A stretch of 64,000 nucleotides of DNA, taken from assembly GCA_000091205.1 (NCBI GenBank), contig AP006490.2. One strand, given 5' to 3'. Made by a program: the position numbers and the translations under genes. Shown here one piece after another: positions 40,301-51,648 of this stretch (position 1 is the first letter of the stretch; each line of letters starts with the position of its first letter). This DNA is from Cyanidioschyzon merolae. Taxonomy: Eukaryota. The notes under the pieces are model-generated. The model saw only the letters and a list, made by a program, of their open reading frames with translations. It was not told the origin of the DNA and searched no databases.

Positions 40301-42618
40301 TCGATTATTGCACCGCTGATATCATCGAGGCGTTCCAGCAGAGCGCATTGAATGAAGTATCTGCAGTGGTGAGAAAGGAGATAGCGCTGGTGACACTGGC
40401 TGCGAACCGGCCGGCACAGACAGTGCTGGTGCGTGACCCACACCCCGTTGTTGCCGCTCTCGCGGAGCACTTTGGGGCAACGCTAGCGGATGCGGGCGCT
40501 GAAACCGCCCCAGTGCACGTGCCAGGATCGCCTCCGAGAGCTGCCCAGATGCCGGCGGCGGCAGCAGCAGCAGCAGCAGCAGCAGCCGATAACGATATTG
40601 ACGACGATGAAGAAGACGCAACAAACGCGGGCGCATCCCAAGTGCCTGCAGTTTCCGAACGATGGACCGCTAGCCGGCCGCCTGAGGCCATGCAGTTGCG
40701 ACCTGCATCCGCGACGGGCACGTCCTCGAGTGATCCAGTGCAACAGCAGCAACAGCAGCAGCATGGACCGAGGCAAATCCTGCGACGTGCCTCGGCCTCG
40801 TGGAGCAACCTAAGGCGATACGCGTGGAGCAGTACTACTGCTGCGGCTGCGGCTGCTACTGCGCTTGCCGCGGAAGCACCGCGCACGACCGGCGACCGCT
40901 CACAAACGTCGTCAGCATTTCCAACGGACGCTCACACTGAAGCAGCCAAAGCCCAGAAGCACATCATGGGCGAAAGAGGTTCCAGTGACGCGGAAACTCG
41001 TACCAGCACCGCAATAGCCGTTCGACTGGCACGTCCACAGAGTCAACCCGAGTTGCGTGCCGCAGCGACCCTGGAGCTGGAGGAGCGTCGTGCGAGTCGC
41101 AGTCGCCACGGTCGACTCGATACTTACCAGCCTCGCGATTTGTTTCGATTCCCGCATGAGGCGTTTACGTTCTCCCGTCGACGTCGCATGATGCATATTC
41201 GCGACTACAGCTACCAGGAAGTGCTGCAGAGCCAGACCCGAGAGCGATGGTCAGGTCACGAGCCCATGGAACCAACCCGGTTGCAGCAGCGGATGGAACG
41301 GCGCTCAGAGGCTGCCGCTGCCGCCGCTGCCTTGACGCGGCTCAGAGAGCGCTGGGTTACGCGTTTGCAGGCAGAGCAGATTTCGGCATTGTGCTTCCAT
41401 CCGTCTCAGCAGCTCGTGCTATCCGGCGATGCCTCTGGCAATGTCGTAGCACTGCAGCAGGAAAACGGTGAACGCTGCTGGCGCCTTGGGGTTGGGTCGA
41501 ACGCCAGCGCTATTGCCGCGCTGCGTGTGGTGAATGCACACACGACCTGGCCTCTGCTGCTCGTTGCGACTGCCGACGGGATTGTACGCTTCTATGAGTC
41601 ACAACAGCAGGTGTTGGCAGCGTTCTCCGCAATATCACAAGCGAGTCGAATGCCTGGCATGACGGACGCGACTCCTGCTAGCCCAGGTACGACAAGCAGG
41701 CGGGTATCTGCGACAACACCGGGTGCCAGCACGCCTCGTGATCGGGAACTCGTATGCTGCACCACCACCACCACCACCACTGCGTATTCGAACACTGCGG
41801 GATCGAGACAATGTCGGTCACCGTCAGCACCAGCGATATCACAGACGCCAAACGCGAACTCGCATGCAACGATGCCTGCAGATGTAGCGGGTCTTGCTTC
41901 TCCTCCATGGCGGGTGTCATCGGCGGGAGGTGCTGGAGAAGCAGCAGCGCTTTCGCCGGTAGATCGAGCGAGATACGACGAAAGCATGGCAACTGGTCGA
42001 GCGTTTGTCTGTGACTGGAGCCCCTGGCACGGTTGGCTGCTAACCGGCGGCCTCGAGCAGGGCACCATTCGACTCTTTGACGCGGAACGCGAGATGTGTA
42101 TCTGGAGCTGTATTGCCTCGTCGTATCGAGTGACGGCGGTAGCGCACCTGGGATCCAGCCTCTTCGCGGCAGGCTGTGCGGATGGTAGTGTCTACACATA
42201 CGATACGCGCACGGGAGCGATTGAAACGGAACTCTTGGAGCACTCCAGTCCGGTTATATCCATTGCCGGTCGATGGAGTCCGACGCCCGCCCTGGTGACT
42301 GCCGCTGCCGCCGGTGACATTCGTGTCTGGCCCTTGGCCGCTGCCTCCAGTTCGGTGTGTGTGGTTGCTCATCGACGCGATCTGACGGCAGCAGCTGCGC
42401 ATCAGGGGATGCCCTGGATCGCCACTGGTTGTGCAAGTCGCTGTATCAAACTCTTTGGCGAACAGGGTCAGTTGTTGCAGTTGATTCGGCACCATGATGG
42501 AGCCGAGAATCCTCGTATTGGTTCGATTAGTTGCCTCGAGTTCGCAGCGCAGGATCTGATGCTAGCAGCCGGAGATGTCGACTCGTCGGTGACACTGTAC
42601 ACCGCAAGCAGCAACTAG
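37312..42618 (+). CDS. RPTOR: Raptor (regulatory-associated protein of TOR), 1768 aa with large low-complexity insertions
   Basis: Conserved Raptor N-terminal caspase-like block: [30 protein letters not shown]...CWIDP...[55 protein letters not shown]. HEAT-like middle region. C-terminal WD40-like repeats ([31 protein letters not shown]). (GCA)n/(CAG)n tracts encode poly-A and poly-Q. Confidence 0.9.
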   Translation: [1768 protein letters not shown]

Positions 42619-43229
42619 CTGGTACCGATGCAAACGTGTCTCTGGATGGATCTGGATCCTGGCTTGCTCTGTTCTGAAGCGCTGCTGTTTCAGCTCGTGT
42701 GACGCGGTGTAAGCGGGTGCTGGTCCTTGGAGATGACGCGTTGGAGGCTGTGGATCAGGGTCCAGGGCTGCTCTGGCATACTTTGCTGTCGGTGCCGTTG
42801 CCGCTGTTTTTGCAGGTAACCAATGGATGCCCCGGATATAGAAACCAGCAGCAGGTATAGTCGTAGGTTTGCTTCATTTGATACTGCTTCACGCGTTTGG
42901 CTCCCCCGTTGACTCGACCATGTCTCTGGGGAGGTCGCTTGCTCGCCTCACTTCATCATCATCCTCATCATCAACCAGTCTAGACTAGACCACGGGATTA
43001 TCCGCGTGCAATACAGTCTGAAACTCGTTGTACCGCGTTCGGTTTTCTGGCGACAAGCATGCTGTTCGCTTGACGTTCCAGCGTTGCATCGGGTACCATG
43101 CCGTGCAACGACTTCATTACAGTGCTCACTCGCAAATGCGCACTTGCGGATTCCACCGCAACACAGACACTGGTCGCATCTCCTCGATGGATCGTTCAAA
43201 TTGCTGCGTCGCGCACCGCAGGGACTCAC

Positions 43230-45548
43230 TCACTGCATACGGCACTCGCGGCGCTGACCGCTGAGCGTACCACCACTACTACTACTACTACTACTCCGAT
43301 AGCGCAGCGCAAACTGCCGAACACAGAGCGCGATCAGATCCCGCTGTTCCGCACTGTTCGCTCGAAAGGCAAAGGTATGTTTCAGGGTGAGGCTGAACGC
43401 ATGCGCATCCGTCTCATCGAGGGCGACTTTGATGAAGGACGTCCAAGACTTCTTCTCTTCCGTAATCCAGTGACCCTCGCGGGGGTCAAAGTCCTCCGTC
43501 GCATGATAAAGGGATTCAGTCCAAGGATCAGCGGCACCAGCACCAGCACCAGCACCGGATGCTTGGTACGACTGCGCCGGGCGCTGAACGCTCAGATAGC
43601 GCTTGTGGACGAGGATACAGCGTGGAGCGCCCGACGCCTCGTCGCGAACCAGAAAAGCAGCGCGACCTTCGAGCATCCACACCGAGAGGCGTTCCTCCAT
43701 GGTCGGATCTACCTCGATTGGTGCAGTGAACGCTTGCAGCGCGGGTAGCCCCGCGGTTGCCTCGGTAACCGCGGCAAGTCGCATACCCACATCATCCGCT
43801 GTCGTTCGATAGCGATAGCCTTCAGCGCGGTAGGCGTATGGTGTAATGGACGCTGTTCGACGCGACAAATGATACCAGCGCACTCTTGGACCGGAACTCG
43901 ATTCGAGACCGTTCATCACTGCTGTCAGCGTACGATTATTGAAACATTCACCCTGGATGACCAGACGGGCATCCGCTTGGATGCGATCACTGGGAATCTC
44001 GGTACGTTCGGAGCGCTCTGGTCGAGTACCCTGCGAATGTTCATGCAACGTTGCTGTTGCTGTTGCTGCTGCTGCTTCTGCTGCAGGTGCTCCGCCTCGC
44101 GCCAAGCTCCCTGCTACGCTTGGTGAGAGATGTTGTGAGGTTTCGTGTCCATGCGGCTGCGCTTGGCATCCTAGTTTGCGAGAAGGAGTTAGCGGCTCAA
44201 TCTGGTCTTCGTGGAGCGTTTCGATGTCCTCGGGAACGCGTTCAGCGCCGCGTCCACCGGGGGTGTCGGCAGCACGCCAGGCACTGAGCCTGGCAGACGA
44301 TGTGGCTGGTTGCGCCTCTACAGCAGCGAGATCAAGCGGTGCGACCGTCTCTATCGATTGTTTGCTCCAGCTCGATGCTAGCCTAGCAGCGGCTGGGCGT
44401 GCCCTTCGAACGGAAGCGCCGCTTTCCAGGCGTGTACTGTGAGAAGCTGACGGTGTCTGTGACAAGCGCATCTCACGAAGCGGCACGCCTGGGGCATCGT
44501 TCTCGGAAAGCTCGCGGGGATGCGTCCAGGGCATCTCTGGTATTTGGGCGTTATTCTTCAAGGAGACGGATCCCGAGGTGCGTTCTGGGGAAACACCACT
44601 GGCAACCGCGCAGATGCTGAGGTCCGAAGTACCACCGGACGACCCTGGCACGGATTCCGGTACCGCAGGTTCAGCACCCGCACGTGAAACGATGCCTATC
44701 GGGTGTCGCTGTGCTGGTGCAGTGGCATCGGGACTTGCAGGTAACGCACTGGTAACGAGTGCTTGTTTTTGTGCACGCAAAACCTGAACCAAGTCTGCCT
44801 GGATCGCATTCTCCTCATCAAGGCCCTGGAGACGTTGCAGCTGTTGATCTCGCTGAGTTTTCAGCTTGTGAAACTCCTGCTCTCCTGCTTGAATTTCATT
44901 TTCTAAAGAAGAAAGTTCGGCAGCCAGACGTGTCTTCTCGCTTTCGCCGGCGGCAATCTGAGCAGTTCGTTCAGCGTTCTCTCGACGCAGTCGCTCGATC
45001 TCAGACTGAAGATGCTCCAGTCTTCGGCGCAGTGGTTCAGTCATTCGCGTGACCTGTTGCCAGGCTCCAATACGCGTCTGGAGGAGTTCGCGTTCGCGCA
45101 GGTATCGTTGCCGCATAGCCTCGCGCTCGCTGAGCTGGTGTAACAGCGCTCGTAGCGTTTCATCTTCGCGTGGTTCCTCACCACCAGCTAGCTCTAAACG
45201 CTGCCGTGTCAGGTCCAAAACCTCTTCATACGCTGCATTGAGTCGCTCTAAAGCAGCGTTTGTATTCTGGAGGAGACGAAGCACCGAGCTCTCCAGAGCG
45301 CGTTTTGTTGTTGCCGCTGATCCTAGAGAGCTTGTTCGACGCTGGTTCACTGCAACCTGCACTTGAGACAGACTTCGTTCCCGTTCCGTCAAAAGTTGTT
45401 CCAAGTTCGCTAGACGTGTACGCTCCGCGGCGATTTGGGGCTCCAGGGTTTCTACGCTCGGGTCGAGAAGGCGACTGGGCTCCGCGCTCGTCTCTGCTTC
45501 TGAGCGCAGCGGCGGATGCTTCAAGGAAGCGTCCCAGCTTGCATCCAT
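43230..45548 (-). CDS. hypothetical coiled-coil protein, 772 aa
   Basis: Long ORF. The N-terminal half is heptad-like and Glu/Arg/Leu/Gln-rich. The C-terminal part is globular and unrecognised. Confidence 0.55.
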   Translation of the reverse strand: MDASWDASLKHPPLRSEAETSAEPSRLLDPSVETLEPQIAAERTRLANLEQLLTERERSLSQVQVAVNQRRTSSLGSAATTKRALESSVLRLLQNTNAALERLNAAYEEVLDLTRQRLELAGGEEPREDETLRALLHQLSEREAMRQRYLRERELLQTRIGAWQQVTRMTEPLRRRLEHLQSEIERLRRENAERTAQIAAGESEKTRLAAELSSLENEIQAGEQEFHKLKTQRDQQLQRLQGLDEENAIQADLVQVLRAQKQALVTSALPASPDATAPAQRHPIGIVSRAGAEPAVPESVPGSSGGTSDLSICAVASGVSPERTSGSVSLKNNAQIPEMPWTHPRELSENDAPGVPLREMRLSQTPSASHSTRLESGASVRRARPAAARLASSWSKQSIETVAPLDLAAVEAQPATSSARLSAWRAADTPGGRGAERVPEDIETLHEDQIEPLTPSRKLGCQAQPHGHETSQHLSPSVAGSLARGGAPAAEAAAATATATLHEHSQGTRPERSERTEIPSDRIQADARLVIQGECFNNRTLTAVMNGLESSSGPRVRWYHLSRRTASITPYAYRAEGYRYRTTADDVGMRLAAVTEATAGLPALQAFTAPIEVDPTMEERLSVWMLEGRAAFLVRDEASGAPRCILVHKRYLSVQRPAQSYQASGAGAGAGAADPWTESLYHATEDFDPREGHWITEEKKSWTSFIKVALDETDAHAFSLTLKHTFAFRANSAEQRDLIALCVRQFALRYRSSSSSSSGGTLSGQRRECRMQ

Positions 45549-45737
45549 GCAACTTGTGGCTGTCGTTGCCTATCGTCTATTCTTCTACTCTCAAATTGAT
45601 GTGGCAAAGCGTGCCAGTAGCCGCAAGTCGCGCAGCACCACAGAAACCTATCAGAAGGAGAAAAAAGCTTCAGCCCGCCGGCGAGATACCGACACGGCAG
45701 TCGTACCCGCAGCAGGGCAACGCGTAACGGTCGCTTC

Positions 45738-46538
45738 TTGTTTGGCGTTCGGCATTCGCTGAGCGAGGGAGCTCCACAGAGACTAGGCTGGCGGTGTGTA
45801 AACAAGTTTTATAGGATGTTTGTTAGTGGTTGCAAGTTTTGGTGGTGTTCCTTGACGGATGCGCGCGCCAGGTCAACAACAGAGTGGTCGATGCCGGTGC
45901 GCTGGCGAGCGTCTACGTCGGAGCGGACCCGCAGCCGCACCTCAGCCGGGGACCTGAATGCTATAGAGCGACGACGCTTTTTCACCCCTGTGTGGTCTTT
46001 TAGGACAGCTGTTACCTCGTGTATGGCTTTGGACGAAACAACACCTACCCAGAGGGAACGACGCGAGAGCAGCGGAGCGCATCGACTGGACGGCTGGTTT
46101 GCGCTGCGGAAACGGGTACTGCCTCGGGACACGGACTACGCTGGTGTGGTATGGCACGGTCGTTACGTGGACTGGTTAGAGGAGGCGCGAGTGGAGTTTC
46201 TAGCTGCGCGCGGCTTTACATACGAACAGCTGGTGCGGGAGTGTCAGTGCGAAACACCTGTGATTCAGCTGTCGCTGAGCTACAAACGGCCAGTGCGGTT
46301 TGGTGAAGTCGCCGACGTTCTTCTCCGAGTCTGCCCGAGACAGCGAACGAGTGTGCGTATTATTTTCGAGTGCCGCATCGTTGCGGCAGCGGCGACAGTT
46401 GTCTTACCTGAAAACGAACAAACGCCTGTCGGCACCGTTTATGTTGACGGACGCGTCGAACTGACGATCGTGGATCGCAACACCGGGCGGGTATTACGGA
46501 AACTCCCGCCCCAGCTGGAGAAGTCGCTTTACGGCTAG
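45738..46538 (+). CDS. 4HBT-family (hotdog-fold, YbgC-like) acyl-CoA thioesterase. The likely start is the internal Met near 46023.
   Basis: RKRVLPRDTDYAGVVWHGRYVDWLEEARVEFLAARGFTYEQL... matches the 4-hydroxybenzoyl-CoA thioesterase signature (D..G.V.H..Y..wlE.AR). The N-terminal 95 residues are unlike the family. Confidence 0.7.
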   Translation: MFGVRHSLSEGAPQRLGWRCVNKFYRMFVSGCKFWWCSLTDARARSTTEWSMPVRWRASTSERTRSRTSAGDLNAIERRRFFTPVWSFRTAVTSCMALDETTPTQRERRESSGAHRLDGWFALRKRVLPRDTDYAGVVWHGRYVDWLEEARVEFLAARGFTYEQLVRECQCETPVIQLSLSYKRPVRFGEVADVLLRVCPRQRTSVRIIFECRIVAAAATVVLPENEQTPVGTVYVDGRVELTIVDRNTGRVLRKLPPQLEKSLYG

Positions 46539-47173
46539 GTGCTGTGGCTGTCCTGCGCGTGTACTGGCTCTGGGTGCGTTTCTTCCGTGTTTCCGGGACA
46601 GGACGCCGTGGAAGATACATCCATGAACATTCGTTTGAGGCAATGCGCGAAGCAGACCGGTTCTTTCGCCTGCTATACAAGCTGCCTCGAACACAGATGC
46701 ATGGTATTGCTGGCAACGCAAATGCATTGCGAGAACGTTTGTATTCCGTGCTCGAGGATGGGCGAGATGTCCACGTTCACAGCAGTCCGGGTTGTTTCTG
46801 GTGCAGCTTTCCATGCGCACGCTTGTGCGGGACTCGAAACGTACCCTGTATTTTCTACATTATCCAAATAATTGTCAGCCTGCTCTGGTCTAGCTGGCAC
46901 GGAGACGTGTTCTGCTCTGCACTCGAGGCTGTTGCGATCATCTCCAATGAAATATTCGAGATCCTACGTGCTTGCTTCAAATGGCGCGCGGATAATGCAC
47001 TACGGAAAAAAAAGTCACGGTTTTATACCATGCGCATCGTGGTGTAAAAGCAAGTGCTTGGTGCACGTTTTTGCGCACACGCGTTTGCCGCTGGATAGTC
47101 ATAGGACAAGTGTGGGCGAGCCCCAGCGCATGCGATATTCCTCTCGTTATGATCCTGCACGTCGACGGTGCTT

Positions 47174-47745
47174 CACCTCTAGGTGCACGTCATCAAATGC
47201 GTTTTCGCGGTATATAGGAGATGCATTCGAAGTGCGTTCATTTGAACAAATAAAAAATCCAAGGGAAAGGTAAACGCATAAAAGTTAGGGAACCTGGAGG
47301 GCCGGTGTCGTTGGGTCCCACAAAAAACACGAATAAAATCCCCGTCTCGTGGACGATGGAGAGACGAAGAGCGGAGATAGGCGGGGAGAGGGCATTCGCC
47401 TGACGGGACGATGACGAGACTGTGGTGGCCTAGAGGGCACGAGCTCCAGCAATTCTTGTATTGATGAGTTCCGCCAGATGCAATAAAAGTACGGCGTTCG
47501 TGAACGGAGAATTCAACGCCTCCATCGATACAAGATGATGTGCTGTGCCGAAGACGAGACCCGGGGAGCTAACACGAGCTACCTTTATGGGGCAGCCTCT
47601 CAGGCTCGTACTCTGCCTGGATAAACGGAAACCAGGAGCAGTCGGCCGGTTAAAAAAGGCCGGGAGGCGTCTGTGCATGGGTATGTACTTACGATCCGTG
47701 GTCGTGGGACATTTTTTGTTTCATTGACATGTACATATTCTAAGA
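47174..47745 (+). mobile_element. Second non-autonomous / degenerate copy of the Fanzor-like element (5' block, degenerate RuvC-III region with a stop, 3' noncoding block)
   Basis: Shares cacc.c.aggtgc...aaatgcg.tttcgcgg...aataaaaaatccaaggga.aggta with the 34461 copy. 47497-47535 encodes FVNGEFNASIDTR*C, a decayed EFVNRDFNATINIRRC. GGGAGGCGTC is at 47662-47671. Terminus ...tggtcgtgggacattttttgtttcattgacatgtacatat. Confidence 0.5.
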
Positions 47746-50700
47746 ACTGTGAGTTCCGGAACACCTGTACTATCACACTCTTATGTTTTTGTTTGATTTT
47801 CTGCAGGTATGCAAAGAAAGGGTTTGTATCCCGTAAATTGGAGAAATGTTGCGTCAAATCCTGGTGCTGGCACTGCTTGCTTGGGAAGAGCAGCTCAAGT
47901 CGTAAATGCAAGTCCTTCTCCGGTGAGGAGGTGGATGAACCATCGTTCTTATTGCGTTTGCCCGAAACGTCTTGCACCCAAAACATAACTTCATCACGGC
48001 TTTTTTCACGATCTTCGTATCGTCAATCCACTCCACTCCATATGCTCTATTAGAGAGGCGATCAAGCAAGCCGTAGGATGCGAGAATTCCGCCTCATTGA
48101 CACCAACGGTCGTGAAGCGACATGGATGGACGAGGTACAAAGCGCGAGTATGCGCTAAAAAACGCCGAGCGCTCGACAACACACTCTCGATTTCGAAGTG
48201 AAACACAAACTCGGACTATAGAAGAGACTTTCGCTCATAGAGGAAGAAATGGTAGACCTGTATATAGGTTCTCAAAGAGTGAGGGTAAATCGGTGTTCGT
48301 AAAGAAGGGACAAGCGAGTATTCCGACAAAATCTGCGCTGAAGGCGATGCTACCTTGTGGTCGCCTAGGTCACCAGAACGGACGGGTTCGTCAGTATTTC
48401 ATCCTCCGTCAAAGCAAATTTCATGGATTCTCCATCTGACATTTTTCTGTCCCGGTCGTAGACGATGACGCTTTCCGTCACACAAAAAAGCAGTGACGGA
48501 GTACGCAGTTGAGATTGTCGTTGAGCTCGTGCTCGTGCCGGCCTAGGCTGCCTGGTTCAACCCAGTCGATGGCGTCTTATCTGATGTAAAACTCTGTATT
48601 TACGTTTACGGGCCCATAGACGGGTCGTTCGCATCAGCGACACCGTTCTCTGACAAACTGTTCCTCGACAAGTCGTTCTCTACTTTCATCGGCACTCCAC
48701 TAATGTGATGCTCCTCTGTTCTTGCGCTTGAGCGAGTGAACAGGTGTGCTACAGTTCGTGAGGATTCTCGCGGTGGAAAGGTGACGAAAAAGTGCTTAAA
48801 TGATGATCGATGCGCTCATGGAAAAGGCGAATTCGAGCCCCACAGTCCACCCGGTACGAGTGCAACACGTAAAAAAGTAGGTATATCGAGTATAGCGAGC
48901 ATATTCGCGCCGTCCAGTCTGATAAAGAACAAGGAGAAGGAACGCCAGACTAAGAGGAAGAAAATTTCCCCAGAAAGTCGACGAGGGACCATAACGTAAA
49001 ACCGTCGAAGAGGGACAATCTGCCTGAAACGATGATCAGGTGCTTCGCTTTGAACCACGCCGTCGGGAAGAATTTTCCGAAACGCAAGTTTCAGGAAATC
49101 GTTAGGTGTTGCATAGCTTCTTCCAAGAACCGGGTTTCGCTCACGTTGCCCTCGAGTTTCAAGCACTTGGTTACGCAAATGTTTGTACGGGTCCCAGACG
49201 CACTGCTGCTAGATATCCACATTCCTCTGGAATTTTTCGATCAAACCCGAGTACGACCATATACCTGATACTCAGGACAGAAGATGAAATGCGGCCAGAT
49301 CGTAGTATCCACGCTTTGCATACTCGCGTTCCAGAATGCCTTGATGCTTCGCCACTCCTAGGCACTGATCGGAGCATCCACAGCACAGGTACGAACCTGA
49401 GTCTAGCAATCTCAAGAACTGTGTGCGTGCCAATGCCGAGCGTTTCATGGGGCACCTCCTGTGGGCGTTGTGCGCTCACCGCACTGGTCCAGAAAAACGG
49501 GTACTTACGGTAGGGATTCTCGGGATACGCGTGCGAGAAAAAAACGAATCCTTGGCGGCGGAAGCGATCCAGGCGGTCAGGCGCTCGGACTCGATGTCGC
49601 ATTGATCGCGAGATTCGCTTCAGATCGCCCGAGCTCATTGCGTAGCTCTGGGCCTCAGACCGGAGCACATCGTATCCAAATGATGCTGGAAACGTGACCC
49701 ATGCAGCGCTTTCATCTTGCGCATCTATGTGTTCCAGAATAGAGCCCTCTAGCGCAAAGCGAATCGTCTTTACGAATACGTCCGCGATAGCCTCCCCGAC
49801 GATCTATCCAAAGGTGTCCCGACTGGTCTGATCGATGTCCATCATTTCCTAGAAGAAGCTTCTGTTCTGTAGAGGATTTCTGAATCAGTGAGCTACGGCT
49901 GGTCTCTGCGAGCGACTCTGAAGCAAGCGAACAACTTGGCGAAGAGCATTGGCAGAGCGCGTCCAAGAGCTCTCGTTTACGGGGAGGAAATGAGACGCAA
50001 TTTACAGTGACGATCGATATAGACGGCGTATCAAGCAGCATGAACTGGTGGAAACGTTTATCTGCGTCGATCAACGAGGCTCATTTCCAGTCTTTCTAGA
50101 CAGATGACGAGAATGATTCTATGGTGTGTATGGATGCAGTGCTGGAGGTTTCCAGGTCCATCGCAACCCCTCCAAGTCAAGAGGATAGAGTCAAAGATTC
50201 CAACGGGTAGCAGATGAAGCTGCTCAATTTTTCAAAATGCTCTGTATGCTAGGGAGTCGGACGTGATGGACACCAGCAGACACACCAGCAAATAGAATAA
50301 CGGCTGCAGGGCCCATGTCGAAGCTCCAACCACCATACCGAGTAGAGGCGCATCCTTGATACGCCTCGTTCAGAGCGTACATGAGCGTCCAAATGATGCA
50401 TGCGGACGACCATTCGCAGGTGTATGTGACACCGCGCTGGATCGCCGACAGTGTTGTTTTTTTTTTGCTGAAGCCAGCATCGTCCTTTGGTCAATTTTTT
50501 TCCAACGAATTCGAGTACGGAATACCCGATATGTCGCATGGTTTCATGGCGGCCAATGGCACTAAACGTGCCGTACACCACAAATACCTCATTCCTGCAC
50601 CTTCGACGAGCGTGTCCAACGAGCGCATCAATCGGATCTGTTGGATACCTATCGATGCATTCGGAATGGCGTACGCGTATCATGAGCACGGGCACACGCT

Positions 50701-51648
50701 GGACCCGGTACAGAGGGAGAAGCAAGTGGAATAGACGCATATGTACGAGGTGGTGTCCGGGAAGCGGACCGCCCTTCACCTGGCGAGGAAATCCATGGAA
50801 TGTGAGACTCGCTCTGGTTTGATGCCAGCAGCGGCTATCCGCGGAATCAGTCTCTGCACCGAGACTTGAACGCCTCGATCAACGTTCGGAAGTGTCTTGG
50901 GCTCCTCGACTTCGAGCGGTTTTGTCGAGCGAACATTCGACGGAATCCTTTCGTACTCAACAGGGGCTTGTGCTCCTATGCAGAAGCGTTGCGATTCGAG
51001 AAATCAGTGGCCGAGACAGAGGGCATCGGGTTCTCCTAAGCGCCACGGCACTGGCATGGTACGGCGCAGCAATCAACAAGTCCGAAACGCCGTCTCAGTT
51101 CACGGGGAACGCTTTTCGTGGGCTAAAATATCCGGGTTACGCCTTGCACTCCTAGATGCGGATCGTTACCATGACAGAAATTGCATCCAGAGGCGCGTAT
51201 GCCTCTGATATGACCGCCACGTCCTCGTCATGATACACGCTCGCGCAGACACTCGAGTCGACACTGCTTCACGCGGCCCTAGGATTGGCTTCCTTCTGCT
51301 TGACGTGATCAAGTGCGCGGGAGCAATTACATCCTGACGCCTTTTAACGATGAAAGAGTCGCACCATGCAGTGCGCAGTTGCTCCATGTTGTTCCTGGCA
51401 AGGGTACTCTCGAGTTCCCAGTGTCCATACAACGTCCAGTACAACTGCTGCAGCGAGCTCTGTGTGCTCGAAGCACTGTCGTGGGCACTTGCGACGTCTA
51501 CCTCGTTGGGCACGGCTCCACCGTACCCACACCGCACTACGAAACGCGTTTCATTTTTCCTCGGACACTGTCTTGACCAGTCGCTAGATCCACCTCTAAT
51601 CTTTACACTTGAAACCAGTCTTTAGTCCTGGCATGGAGCGACCCCACT

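Noticed and set aside
37375-42495. Multiple 60-230 aa ORFs on the minus strand inside Raptor (for example 39013-39708 and 40305-40886, with poly-C/poly-A peptides)
   Set aside because: They are antisense to a confidently identified long gene. Their poly-Cys and poly-Ala runs come from the (GCA)n tracts.
43098-43748. 216-aa plus-strand ORF
   Set aside because: It overlaps the 3' part of the 772-aa minus-strand gene and the (ACT)n microsatellite. There is no domain, so it is an antisense artefact.
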